Assembly (NCBI GenBank): GCA_009781325.1
Contig: WQYJ01000001.1
Location: 1-31,111, forward strand
Direction of reading: 5' to 3'
DNA length: 31,111 nucleotides
DNA from: Propionibacteriaceae bacterium
GTDB lineage: Bacteria; Actinomycetota; Actinomycetes; Propionibacteriales; Propionibacteriaceae
Shown here: positions 1 through 8,408 of the stretch, one piece after another
How positions within the stretch are numbered: the stretch's first letter is position 1
Layout of the letters: each line of letters begins with the position of its first letter
Made by a program: the position numbers and the translations under genes
The notes under the pieces: model-generated
Databases searched by the model: none
Seen by the model: only the letters and a program-made list of their open reading frames with translations
Told to the model about the DNA's origin: nothing

Positions 1-344
1 CCTCTTTCCTGCGGTGGGTTTTGTCACATTTTCTTGACCGAACCCACCGCCAGGGTGAGGATCGAACTGGGCAACCACCCCAGCCATCAGGCGTGATCCT
101 CATTCCAGCGGTGGATTCTGTCAAAAAAACACGACAAAACCCACCGCAAGAGAGAGGATGAGAACAAAACCCACCGCAAGAGAGAGGATGAGAACAAAAC
201 CCACCGCAGTGGGGAGGATTGGGGCAAAACCCACCGCAGTGGGGAGGATTGGGGCAAAACCCACCGCAGTGGAGAGGATTGGAGCAGAACCCACCGCAGT
301 GGAGAGGATTGGAGCAGAACCCACCGCAGTGGGAAGGATGCGGG
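1..344. repeat. Repeat family A, locus 1: palindromic and tandem 30-bp units (core GRCARAACCCACCGC-N6-GAGGAT)
   Basis: Inverted pair at 1-25 and 36-63, inverted copy at about 95-122, then 7 direct 30-bp units starting at 135, 165, 195, 225, 255, 285 and 315. The locus may extend beyond the window start. Confidence 0.95.
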
Positions 345-411
345 TGCCACTCAAGCTATTACAGGAGTTTCGACGGAAATGGTACGCTAGGCATCGGCTG
401 AAAGGGACATC

Positions 412-1272
412 ATGGCTAAAGTAAAGCGTTCTGAAGTTGCTGCACAAGAGCAGGATGAGGTGAGTGAATCCACCACCACCGCTGAACCTGAAACATCGAC
501 GAAGACTTCTCGGGAACCTCGGGAACCTCGCGATGCTCGGGATCAGACAATTCGCACTTTACAGATTCTTGCGGTCATTCTTGGCGTGACAACGATCCTC
601 TTGGCGGTCACGGTGATGGTGCTGCTGCTTCGGGGAACACCTACCGACCCAGCCACTCCGACGGAAACTCCTCCGACGGCTGCACCGGTCTTTTCAACGA
701 CCTACATCCCGGTGACGGCGAATCCGAAACCCAATGCTATTGTCGTGGAACTCCACGATGACTACCAGTGCCCCTGGTGCGCTCGCGCCGAGTTGATCTT
801 CGGCGACGCTCTGTGGGAACTCGCCCAATCCGGTGACATTGATCTGCGCATCCAAGTCCGCACCCTTGTCGGTGATCAAATCATCCACAATGATTCATCA
901 CGGCGGGCCTCCCTCGGTGCTATCTGCGCTGACAAAGCAGGCTTCTTCTGGGGCTACCATTCAGCCCTCTTCGCCAATCAGCCACAGGAAGGCGTTGGAT
1001 TCACCGATGATCAGTTGCGTGTAGATTTCCCCGCCCAAGCAGGCATCACCGGCAAGGCGCTGCAGGAATTCCAGACCTGCTACGACACCCAGGCTGAAGC
1101 CAATCGGGTAGAGGCGATGGAGAATGAGGGTCAGTCGATGGGGATCCATGGCACGCCAGCCTTCATGGTGAACGGAATCAAGGTGAACTTCAATCTGCAG
1201 CCGGACTCAGCAGTGATCCAGCCAATCACGGCTGAGGATCTCCTGATAGGTCTTCAAGAACTAGGAATCTAA
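412..1272 (+). CDS. Membrane-anchored DsbA-family thioredoxin-fold protein
   Basis: N-terminal hydrophobic helix (ILAVILGVTTILLAVTVMVLLL), Pro/Thr linker, CPWC active site, GTP cis-Pro loop, and an extra Cys pair typical of actinobacterial DsbA. Confidence 0.85.
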   Translation: MAKVKRSEVAAQEQDEVSESTTTAEPETSTKTSREPREPRDARDQTIRTLQILAVILGVTTILLAVTVMVLLLRGTPTDPATPTETPPTAAPVFSTTYIPVTANPKPNAIVVELHDDYQCPWCARAELIFGDALWELAQSGDIDLRIQVRTLVGDQIIHNDSSRRASLGAICADKAGFFWGYHSALFANQPQEGVGFTDDQLRVDFPAQAGITGKALQEFQTCYDTQAEANRVEAMENEGQSMGIHGTPAFMVNGIKVNFNLQPDSAVIQPITAEDLLIGLQELGI

Positions 1273-1989
1273 GGCAAACGCCAGGGTTTCACCCACTGGT
1301 GCATGGATAGCCAAGGTTGCCTTATTGTCTGCCGGAGTCCGATCCTTGTTGATAACAACGAGGTTCTTCCCTCGAAACTCGTGGACAAGACCCGCAGCGG
1401 GATAGACAACCAGAGAGGTCCCGCTCACAATCAGAGTGTCTGCTTGCTGAAGTTCAGCAATTGAGCGTTCAATCACCTCAGGATCCAGCCCCTCTTCGTA
1501 CAAAACCACATCAGGGCGTACGATCTCGCCGCACTGTTCACAGGTGGGAATACCCTCACTGGCAAGCACATAGTCCATGGTGTAACGCGCAAAACAACCC
1601 AGGCAATAGTTTTTATGAGCACTGCCGTGAAGCTCCAACACATTATTCGACCCTGCTTGTTGGTGGAGTCCATCAATGTTTTGAGTGATCACTGCGCGCA
1701 GTTTGCCTTGGTCTTCCAACGCTGCCAAGGCCCGGTGAGCAGGATTAGGTTCAGCGTGAGGGTAGAGCAGATGGGCTTTGTAGTAGTCGAAGAACTCCGC
1801 TGGATGTGTGGCAAAGAAGGTATACCCCAGTACGACTTCAGGCGGAAACACCATGCCAGTTTCTTGGTTGAACAACCCCTGTGCTGAGCGGAAATCGGGG
1901 ATTCCTGATTCGGTCGACACTCCTGCCCCGCCGAAGAAAACAATACGCTGACTTTGGTCGATGATGGTGCGTAGTTGCGTCTGCGTCAT
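1261..1989 (-). CDS. cobB: Sir2-family NAD-dependent protein deacylase
   Basis: GGAGVSTESGIPDFRS, TQNIDGLH, ELHG, CxxC...CxxC zinc ribbon, RPDVVLY, GTSLVVYPAA. Confidence 0.93.
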   Translation of the reverse strand: MTQTQLRTIIDQSQRIVFFGGAGVSTESGIPDFRSAQGLFNQETGMVFPPEVVLGYTFFATHPAEFFDYYKAHLLYPHAEPNPAHRALAALEDQGKLRAVITQNIDGLHQQAGSNNVLELHGSAHKNYCLGCFARYTMDYVLASEGIPTCEQCGEIVRPDVVLYEEGLDPEVIERSIAELQQADTLIVSGTSLVVYPAAGLVHEFRGKNLVVINKDRTPADNKATLAIHAPVGETLAFALDS

Positions 1990-3113
1990 TCCTGCCCCAG
2001 TTCTGCAGCGGTTTTGTCTTGGGCGGAACGACTGCGTACGTACGCCAACTCCCAGCGGCGAATTTCATCGAAGAAGCGGGCGCGGATCTCTGGCTTGGAC
2101 AGCGAAACGTCGTGGAGTGCTCCGCTCAATCGTACTAAGGTTGTGTGCCAGCCTAAGAGATGAACTCGGGCTGCGATGCGGTCGACATCCAAGGCTAGGT
2201 CTGTGGATGTGCACTCTTCACCCCATTGTTTGGGGTCTGAAGATCTGGCAGATGTCAGAACCAGGACGGGACAGTCGATGCGCAGACCTGCTGCCACCCG
2301 ATCATGACCATTGAGGATGGCTTTGATCCATCCGGGGCGAGATGGCTGGGACTCTATTCTCTTCAAAGACAGGTCGTAGTCCCATTCCCCGTGGTATTTG
2401 ACGTGGAGGGAGCGCCCATACAAGTCACTGTCACTGGAGGGGAACTTCCATGTCGGCGAGGTCATCGATAAACCGCGGACCACCGGCGGGGTGAGTGCCC
2501 TGAAAAAGGCGGAGCCTTGCATATCGATCCAGGGTGCGTTGAGGATGACCCCAACGAAGGTCTTGGGCCTCTCGGATGCATAGAGACTCGCTGTTAACCC
2601 GCCTGTTGAATGGCCGGACAAGACGACATAATTGTGGTCGGCACGGATGACCTCCATGCAGGCGTCCAACTCCTCGAAATAGTCGCGGATATCCTCCACA
2701 TACCCCGGCAATTCCCCATCGCGGAGGCTACGCCCGTACCGATGAAGATCCACCGCATAGAAGTCATAGCCCAGGTCCTCGAAGAACTGGGCCACATGGG
2801 TCTGAAAGAAGTACTCATTCCAGCCATGGATATGCAGGACTGCCCGGCGGTGACGAGGTGGATGATGGCGGATAAGTGTGGAGACCAAACAACCTGTCCC
2901 CTCTTCAGCGAGCTGAGGCTGATCAGCGAGGGTATAGGTCAGAGTCTCATAGCCGTCCAGCAAGCGATCAGGAGCCCATTGGGTGGTCCATGTGGATTCC
3001 AAGGGTTGGTGGACAGGAGCATCGTCGAGATCCATCTCAGGTTGGTGAGACAGCGCAAAGCGCCATTTCGAGATCATGGATGCGAGTCCGGATCGAGATG
3101 GTGTAGGTTCCAT
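1986..3113 (-). CDS. Alpha/beta hydrolase (lysophospholipase-like serine hydrolase)
   Basis: HGWNEYF oxyanion region, GHSTGG nucleophile elbow and C-terminal HD. Its stop overlaps the cobB start (ATGA). Confidence 0.85.
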   Translation of the reverse strand: MEPTPSRSGLASMISKWRFALSHQPEMDLDDAPVHQPLESTWTTQWAPDRLLDGYETLTYTLADQPQLAEEGTGCLVSTLIRHHPPRHRRAVLHIHGWNEYFFQTHVAQFFEDLGYDFYAVDLHRYGRSLRDGELPGYVEDIRDYFEELDACMEVIRADHNYVVLSGHSTGGLTASLYASERPKTFVGVILNAPWIDMQGSAFFRALTPPVVRGLSMTSPTWKFPSSDSDLYGRSLHVKYHGEWDYDLSLKRIESQPSRPGWIKAILNGHDRVAAGLRIDCPVLVLTSARSSDPKQWGEECTSTDLALDVDRIAARVHLLGWHTTLVRLSGALHDVSLSKPEIRARFFDEIRRWELAYVRSRSAQDKTAAELGQE

Positions 3114-3139
3114 TGCCCCACAAGGATCAGGCTAAGCGC

Positions 3140-3358
3140 CTATTCCTCGCCTACTTCCTCATCCTCATCGAAGGGTTCGTCATCGACACCCTCCTCGTGG
3201 GAGAACTCTTCTACTAAATCGGCATATGCGGGAGGAATCTCACCACCCGAGCTTGTGCGCAACTCCTCTTCAAGAGATGCGAAATCGGTCGAATATGACC
3301 GATACTTTAATTCCCGAGCGACTTTTGTCTGCTTTGCCTTCTGACGGCCGCGCCCCAT
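3140..3358 (-). CDS. DUF3073 family protein
   Basis: MGRGRQKAKQTKVARELKY N-terminus, GAAGGAGG RBS upstream of the ATG at 3358, and the usual position downstream of purM. Confidence 0.9.
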   Translation of the reverse strand: MGRGRQKAKQTKVARELKYRSYSTDFASLEEELRTSSGGEIPPAYADLVEEFSHEEGVDDEPFDEDEEVGEE

Positions 3359-3489
3359 AGGGTCAGCCTCCTTCACTCGCGGCAACCCCGCGCTACTAAT
3401 TGAGAGTGTTCATTCGTAGTCACTAGACTACCTGCTCAGTACGGCTTGGTCCAAGCCGACACACATGCGGCCATCTAGGAAGCCACGGC

Positions 3490-4545
3490 TTAAGGATGAA
3501 TCCCGGATAAGACAGCTCCAGGCTCCCCAGAATTCCTGGTGGTGACGACTCCGCCGTCCCAGGCTGCGATCCCCTGTGAGTTCAGCAGAGCCAACCCAGG
3601 TTCAATGGAGGATTCAGGGCAGATAATCACCATGCCGACCCCCATGTTCAGGGTCTCTTCGATATCCGGCTGGCTGATTCCGCCTACATCGGCGACGAAG
3701 GAGAATACCGGCGCTGGAGTCCAGGTTGCACGATCGATCCGGGCAACCAGATTCTCGGGGATAACCCTGCCAAGATTATTCGCCAACCCACCGCCTGTGA
3801 TGTGGCTCATGGCATGAACCTCGACAGTACGGATGAGATCCAGGCAATGTTTGGCATAGACCATGGTGGGTGTCAGGAGTTCTTCCCCAAGAGTACGTCC
3901 AAAGTCCTCAATATGGGCTTCCAGAGGTATCTTCGCTTTCTCCAACAGCACGTGACGTACCAAAGAGTAGCCGTTGGAGTGCAACCCTGAGGAGGCTAGA
4001 CATAACAGCCGATCCCCTGCGCGTACTCGATGCGACCCCAGTATCTCATCGCTCTCAACGACACCTGTTGTTGCTCCGGCAACGTCGTACTCATCCTCGC
4101 CAAGTAAGCCTGGATGCTCCGCGGTTTCACCGCCCAGCAGAGCCGCCCCCGCTTGCACGCAGCCCGCCGCGATCCCCGAAACGATGGAAGCGATCCTTTC
4201 AGGTTTGACCTTTCCGCAGGCAATGTAATCGGTGACAAAGAGAGGTTCGGCTCCTACGACAACCAGATCATCGACCAGCATCCCTACCAGATCGAAACCG
4301 ATAGTGTCATGGATATCCATCGCAGATGCAATAGCGACCTTGGTGCCCACTCCATCGGTTGAGGTTGCCAGGATGGGCTGGCGATAGGTCTTCAAGGCCG
4401 AGGCATCAAATAGCCCGGCGAAGCCTCCCAAACCGCCGACGACCTCTGGGCGCTTGGTCGCTGCGACATGAGCTTTCATTAACTCCACAGCGCGCTCGCC
4501 GGCCTGGATATCTACTCCAACTTGGGCATAGGCAGACTGACTCAT
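3490..4545 (-). CDS. purM: Phosphoribosylformylglycinamidine cyclo-ligase (AIR synthetase)
   Basis: YAQVGVDI, GGFAGLF, STDGVGTK, GGETAEHPG, SSGLHSNGYSL, HITGGG. Confidence 0.97.
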   Translation of the reverse strand: MSQSAYAQVGVDIQAGERAVELMKAHVAATKRPEVVGGLGGFAGLFDASALKTYRQPILATSTDGVGTKVAIASAMDIHDTIGFDLVGMLVDDLVVVGAEPLFVTDYIACGKVKPERIASIVSGIAAGCVQAGAALLGGETAEHPGLLGEDEYDVAGATTGVVESDEILGSHRVRAGDRLLCLASSGLHSNGYSLVRHVLLEKAKIPLEAHIEDFGRTLGEELLTPTMVYAKHCLDLIRTVEVHAMSHITGGGLANNLGRVIPENLVARIDRATWTPAPVFSFVADVGGISQPDIEETLNMGVGMVIICPESSIEPGLALLNSQGIAAWDGGVVTTRNSGEPGAVLSGIHP

Positions 4546-4556
4546 TGATGATCTCC

Positions 4557-6032
4557 TTAAGATTGCTGGATACGCTCAGCGCTGGCAAGACCCATGCAGT
4601 TGGCGCCGAGGCAAAGCTTATGGGCATCGTTGGGCGGCACAGGTACGACGTAGTTCCCATCGAAGCAGGCGCAGCACAGCCGCGGCTTTTCCACGTGTGT
4701 GGCAGCAATCAGGGAGTCCAAGGATACATATCCCAAAGAATCAGCCCCAATGAACTCACAAATCTGGGCAACATCCATGTGCCGCGAGATCAACTCATTC
4801 GGATCGGCGAAGTCGATGCCGTAGAAGCAGGGCCACATCACTGGCGGAGATGAGATACGGACATGGACCTCAGCAGCACCGGCTTGGCGCAGCATGGATA
4901 CCACTTGGGCGAAGGTGTTTCCGCGCACGATGGAGTCATCGACGACAACAAGTCTCTTCCCGGCTACCACGTGTTTGAGCGGGTTGAGCTTCAGGCGGAT
5001 CCCCAATTGGCGAAGAGTCTGAGAGGGCTGGATGAATGTACGCCCCACATAGGCATTCTTCAGCAAACCCTGACCGTAGGGTATTCCGGATCCAGCGGCG
5101 TACCCGATGGCTGCTGGTGTACCGGAGTCCGGAACTGGGATCACCAGATCGGCAATGGCTGGCTCTTCCTCGGCAAGGAGTTTTCCGATCTTGACCCGGA
5201 CATTGTGGATGATTCGTCCGTTCAGCATGGAGTCGGGGCGGGCGACATAGACGTACTCAAAGAGGCATTCTCTTCTGTCGGCTTCCGCAAATCGAACGGA
5301 GCGTACTCCGCGCTGGTCGATCGTCAGGAACTCCCCTGGTTCGACTTCGCGGAGAAATTGAGCACCGATGATATCCAGGGCAGCAGATTCGGAGGCAACA
5401 ACCCACCCGGAAGCGAGTCTGCCGATACACAGCGGCCGCATCCCATGTCTGTCCCGGGCGGCATAGAGACGATCCTTAGTCAAAAGCACAAGGGAAAAGG
5501 CGCCTTCGATTCGAGGAAGTACTGCCAGCGCAGCCTGGTCGCACGGTCCCTCCTGGCTGGCAAGCAAGCCTGCCAGGATGACTGTGTCTGAACTGGAATC
5601 CATCCGCGTCTTATCCGGTACAGTTTGGCCAGGTTTTTCAGACTCCAGCCATGCCTGAAGTTGGGCAATATTGGTGATATTCCCGTTGTGGGCTAAGGCG
5701 ATGTCGCCGTAGTTCGTTGCACAGAAGGTCGGCTGGGCATTCTCCCATTCGAGGGAACCAGCCGTGGAATAGCGGGTATGTCCGATGGCGATCGACCCCT
5801 GCAGGGTTTGAAGTGTGGTCTCATTGAAGACCTGGGATACCAGGCCAATGTCCTTGAATACTGTGATTCGCTCGCCATTCGCGACTGCCATGCCAGCAGA
5901 CTCTTGGCCGCGGTGCTGGAGAGCGAATAAGCCGAAATAGGTGAGTTTAGAGACTTCTTCATCTGGAGCCCAGACCCCGAAAACTCCGCATTCTTCTTTG
6001 GGTTGGTCGTCGCACAGGGATTCGAAATTCAC
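4557..6032 (-). CDS. purF: Amidophosphoribosyltransferase
   Basis: Propeptide followed by EECGVFG, LQHRGQESAG, GHTRYST, VVVDDSIVRG PRPP motif and Fe-S cysteines. GTG start preceded by TAAAGT at 6 nt. Confidence 0.97.
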   Translation of the reverse strand: MNFESLCDDQPKEECGVFGVWAPDEEVSKLTYFGLFALQHRGQESAGMAVANGERITVFKDIGLVSQVFNETTLQTLQGSIAIGHTRYSTAGSLEWENAQPTFCATNYGDIALAHNGNITNIAQLQAWLESEKPGQTVPDKTRMDSSSDTVILAGLLASQEGPCDQAALAVLPRIEGAFSLVLLTKDRLYAARDRHGMRPLCIGRLASGWVVASESAALDIIGAQFLREVEPGEFLTIDQRGVRSVRFAEADRRECLFEYVYVARPDSMLNGRIIHNVRVKIGKLLAEEEPAIADLVIPVPDSGTPAAIGYAAGSGIPYGQGLLKNAYVGRTFIQPSQTLRQLGIRLKLNPLKHVVAGKRLVVVDDSIVRGNTFAQVVSMLRQAGAAEVHVRISSPPVMWPCFYGIDFADPNELISRHMDVAQICEFIGADSLGYVSLDSLIAATHVEKPRLCCACFDGNYVVPVPPNDAHKLCLGANCMGLASAERIQQS

Positions 6033-6070
6033 AGCACTACTTTACCGATCAGAAACAATGGTTCGCGACT

Positions 6071-7390
6071 TCATCCACCATTGATGTGCTCGGCGAGTCC
6101 GGTGAGGAAGCAGACCTGAGCATTAACGGTACGTACGAGGTCTGACAAGCTGACGGATTCGTTCTCAGCGTGCATCCGAGAATCAGGATCAGCGATGCCT
6201 GTCACGAGGAATTCTGCATCGGGGAAGGCTTCATGGAGTTCGCCCACGAGAGGAATCGCCCCGCCCTGACCGATCAGCACAGGTGGAATACCAAAGGCTT
6301 CGGTGTAGGCCTTGAGTCCGGCTTGAACCAGCGGCCCATCAATACCCACCTGACCTGGATTACCGAGGTTGCCTCGAATCACTCGTACGTGAGCGCCCCA
6401 TCCGATGTGAGACTCACAGTGAGCTTCTAAAGCATCGAGAGCCGCAGAGGCTTCCATGCCAGGCGGTACCCGCATGCTTACACGTGCCCGAGCTGATGGC
6501 AAAAGAGTATTGGACGATTCTGCGATGGAAACGGTGTCCATACCAATGATGCACAGGGCCGGCTTTGCCCAGAGCCGGTCAGCCAGTGAGCCAGAACCCA
6601 TATTATGAACCCCATCCAGCATTCCTGCGGATTCACGGAGGTCTTCTTCGCGGAAGTCAACATCAAAGTGAGTGGAGACCTCCAACCCCTCAATAGCAAC
6701 ATCGCCCTGGTCAGTATGCATGGTGGCTAGGAGTCGACACAGGACAGTGAGGGCATCGGGGGCTACTCCTCCGAATTGCCCGGAGTGTACGCCGTGGTCC
6801 AGGGTCGATACTTCGATAATGGCATCACAGACTCCTCGCAGTGTCGTGGTGAAGGCAGGTATTCCGACATCCCAGTTGCCCGAGTCCAGAATGACGAAGG
6901 CATCAGCGCGAAGGAGTTCTCTATGGTCGCGGATGAAGTCCAGGATGTGAGGTGAACCAACTTCTTCTTCGCCTTCGATGAAGATCGTCACCCCGACCGG
7001 TGGTTTTCCGTTGAAGGCACGCAGGGTCGCTAGGTGGACAGCTATTCCGCCCTTGTCGTCGGCAGAGCCTCGTCCGAACAACCGATCACCGACCTGGGTC
7101 AGTTCCAGCGGCGGATGGTCCCAGGTGTCCGGATTACCGATGGGCTGAACGTCATGGTGGGAATAGAAGCAGATCCTCGGAGCACCCTCAGGTGCCGGGA
7201 ACCGACCAACAACCGCCGGATCGCAGGGACCTTCAATGATGCGTACATCCGGGCAGCCAACGTCGATAAGCATCGCTGCGATGAGTTCGGCCGAGGTCTT
7301 CAGGTCAGGCGCATGGGCGGGTATCGCACCGACCGAGGGAATGGGTACGAGACGGGCTAGGTCGGTCATCACTTGTTCTTGAATACTCAC
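6071..7390 (-). CDS. M20-family dipeptidase (ArgE/DapE-like)
   Basis: YSHHDVQP, GRGSADDKG, EGEEEVGS, HSGQFGG, HAENES. Start moved to the GTG at 7390 because TAGGCT lies 7 nt upstream and the ORF-track extension crosses a terminator-like hairpin. Confidence 0.88.
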   Translation of the reverse strand: MSIQEQVMTDLARLVPIPSVGAIPAHAPDLKTSAELIAAMLIDVGCPDVRIIEGPCDPAVVGRFPAPEGAPRICFYSHHDVQPIGNPDTWDHPPLELTQVGDRLFGRGSADDKGGIAVHLATLRAFNGKPPVGVTIFIEGEEEVGSPHILDFIRDHRELLRADAFVILDSGNWDVGIPAFTTTLRGVCDAIIEVSTLDHGVHSGQFGGVAPDALTVLCRLLATMHTDQGDVAIEGLEVSTHFDVDFREEDLRESAGMLDGVHNMGSGSLADRLWAKPALCIIGMDTVSIAESSNTLLPSARARVSMRVPPGMEASAALDALEAHCESHIGWGAHVRVIRGNLGNPGQVGIDGPLVQAGLKAYTEAFGIPPVLIGQGGAIPLVGELHEAFPDAEFLVTGIADPDSRMHAENESVSLSDLVRTVNAQVCFLTGLAEHINGG

Positions 7391-7414
7391 AGGCCCCAGC
7401 CTACGCACCCGGTC

Positions 7415-7455
7415 AAGAAAAAGCGATGGTGGCGGCTTGGGGAACCGCCACCATC
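7415..7455 (-). terminator. Intrinsic terminator-like hairpin
   Basis: Minus strand GATGGTGGCGG-ttccccaag-CCGCCACCATC (perfect 11-bp stem, arms 7445-7455 and 7425-7435) followed by GCTTTTTCTT. Confidence 0.8.
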
Positions 7456-7570
7456 CGGGGTGGAATAATCCGATTTTCATCGGACGAACCGAAGCAACGG
7501 GGAAAGCTTCAGCTCTAAAACGCTCGATTATTGTGGGTCTACCGCCACGCCCCATGCAGAACCCTTAACT
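7415..7570 (-). ncRNA. Candidate structured RNA (sRNA or attenuator leader) with C-rich loops
   Basis: Three adjacent hairpins (7487-7514, 7469-7484, 7425-7455), two with UUCCCC loops. Upstream TTGTAC-17 nt-TAGCCT (7605-7577) and downstream U-tract. Confidence 0.45.
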
Positions 7571-7576
7571 ATCACA

Positions 7577-7605
7577 AGGCTATCAGCTTTGTAACCATTG
7601 TACAA
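7577..7605 (-). promoter_or_regulatory. Putative sigmaA-type promoter
   Basis: Minus strand TTGTAC (7605-7600), 17-nt spacer, TAGCCT (7582-7577). An alternative -10, TACAAT, lies at 7602-7597. The surroundings are AT-rich. Confidence 0.45.
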
Positions 7606-7709
7606 GCCTTTTTAATCCATTTTCTGGAGTTTCATCCACTGGGAATTCTGAAAGCGGGATAGGCGGTATCTCGGACAATTATTGATTCAAATTAATTGGC
7701 TTCTCCGAC

Positions 7710-8408
7710 CTAAAAAAGCGCGTCCAGGAGGCCTCCAAGAACCCCTCCAGAGGTCTTCTTTGCTTTCGAAGCTTGGGTGTTGCTCCCCAAGGCGCCACCG
7801 AGAAGACCACCCAGTAATGACCCGAGATCACCTGAGTTAGACGACTTCTTCGACGAGGATGAGGACCCACCGAGGATGCCATCAACCACAGCTCCCACAA
7901 CATCACTCGATGTCGAAGACGTACCGCCTCCGCCCATCAGGCCTCCCACAATGGAAGTCACGACATCGGAGGAACCCTGACCAGAGGACTTCTTCGAAGA
8001 TGACCCCACTACTGTGTCGGCAATGTAAGCAATGACAACAGGGGCTAGAATCGGCAGCAGTTTCTGGAGCAAAGACTTGTCCGTCCCTGTCTTCTTCGCT
8101 AGTGCGGTCGCCGTCTTAGCGGGTGTGGCGCCCAGGGCATGCTGGACGATCTTCGCCCCATCTTTTGTATCAATGTCGGACAGTTGCACGCCCTTGGCAG
8201 CAAAGGACTTTCCCGATCCGCGGTGCTGAACCAAGGCGGATGCCAAAGCCTTTTCCCCCGAGGAGTTTTGTGCATTCGCTGTCATCCCACCCAACAAAGA
8301 AGTGATCACCTGAGCGGATGCAGTTTTCGCCTCTTTTTGTGAGACCCCAAGCTGCTTAGCAAGGTCGGCCATAGGGAGTTGACGCAGGATGTCAGTAGTC
8401 GCAGTCAT
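7710..8408 (-). CDS. DUF937 family protein
   Basis: DILRQLPMADLAKQLGV and ALASALVQH N-terminus, LLPILAPVVIAY, GG/LL-rich C-terminus, AAAGGA RBS. Confidence 0.8.
   Translation of the reverse strand: MTATTDILRQLPMADLAKQLGVSQKEAKTASAQVITSLLGGMTANAQNSSGEKALASALVQHRGSGKSFAAKGVQLSDIDTKDGAKIVQHALGATPAKTATALAKKTGTDKSLLQKLLPILAPVVIAYIADTVVGSSSKKSSGQGSSDVVTSIVGGLMGGGGTSSTSSDVVGAVVDGILGGSSSSSKKSSNSGDLGSLLGGLLGGALGSNTQASKAKKTSGGVLGGLLDALF

Noticed and set aside
11-18. Core GCGGTGGG resembles the E. coli Chi site GCTGGTGG
   Set aside because: It is not identical, occurs in both orientations within palindromes, and Actinobacteria use AdnAB with no established Chi of this kind.
135-344. CRISPR or TIGR-like guide array
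   Set aside because: The period is only 30 bp, the variable part is about 6 nt and is repeated between neighbours, and there are no unique spacers or cas/tas-like genes in the window.
87-447. Repeat-encoded ORFs 87-350, 121-447, 158-424 and 219-401
   Set aside because: A 30-bp period keeps several frames open at once; the products are low-complexity 10-aa repeats with no supporting evidence.
2610-3344. 244-aa plus-strand ORF (similarly 4863-5591, 19157-20587 and 22146-23890 ORFs)
   Set aside because: Antisense shadow ORFs of well-supported housekeeping genes in GC-rich coding DNA.
3785-3794. AACCCACCGC match to family A inside purM
   Set aside because: It encodes the conserved HITGGGLA motif; the flanks do not match, so it is a chance match.
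7481-7514. Plus-strand CCGAAGCAAC...GAAAGCTTCAG resembling a glycine riboswitch fragment
   Set aside because: The GGAGAG core is missing and the strand is wrong for any downstream gene.
7391-7555. 55-aa N-terminal extension of the M20 peptidase in the ORF track
   Set aside because: It runs through a strong terminator-like hairpin, and a TAGGCT-7-GTG leaderless start fits better.
7820-8000. Ser/Gly/Lys low-complexity stretch in DUF937
   Set aside because: Typical of the family's variable C-terminal region, with no DNA-level periodicity.
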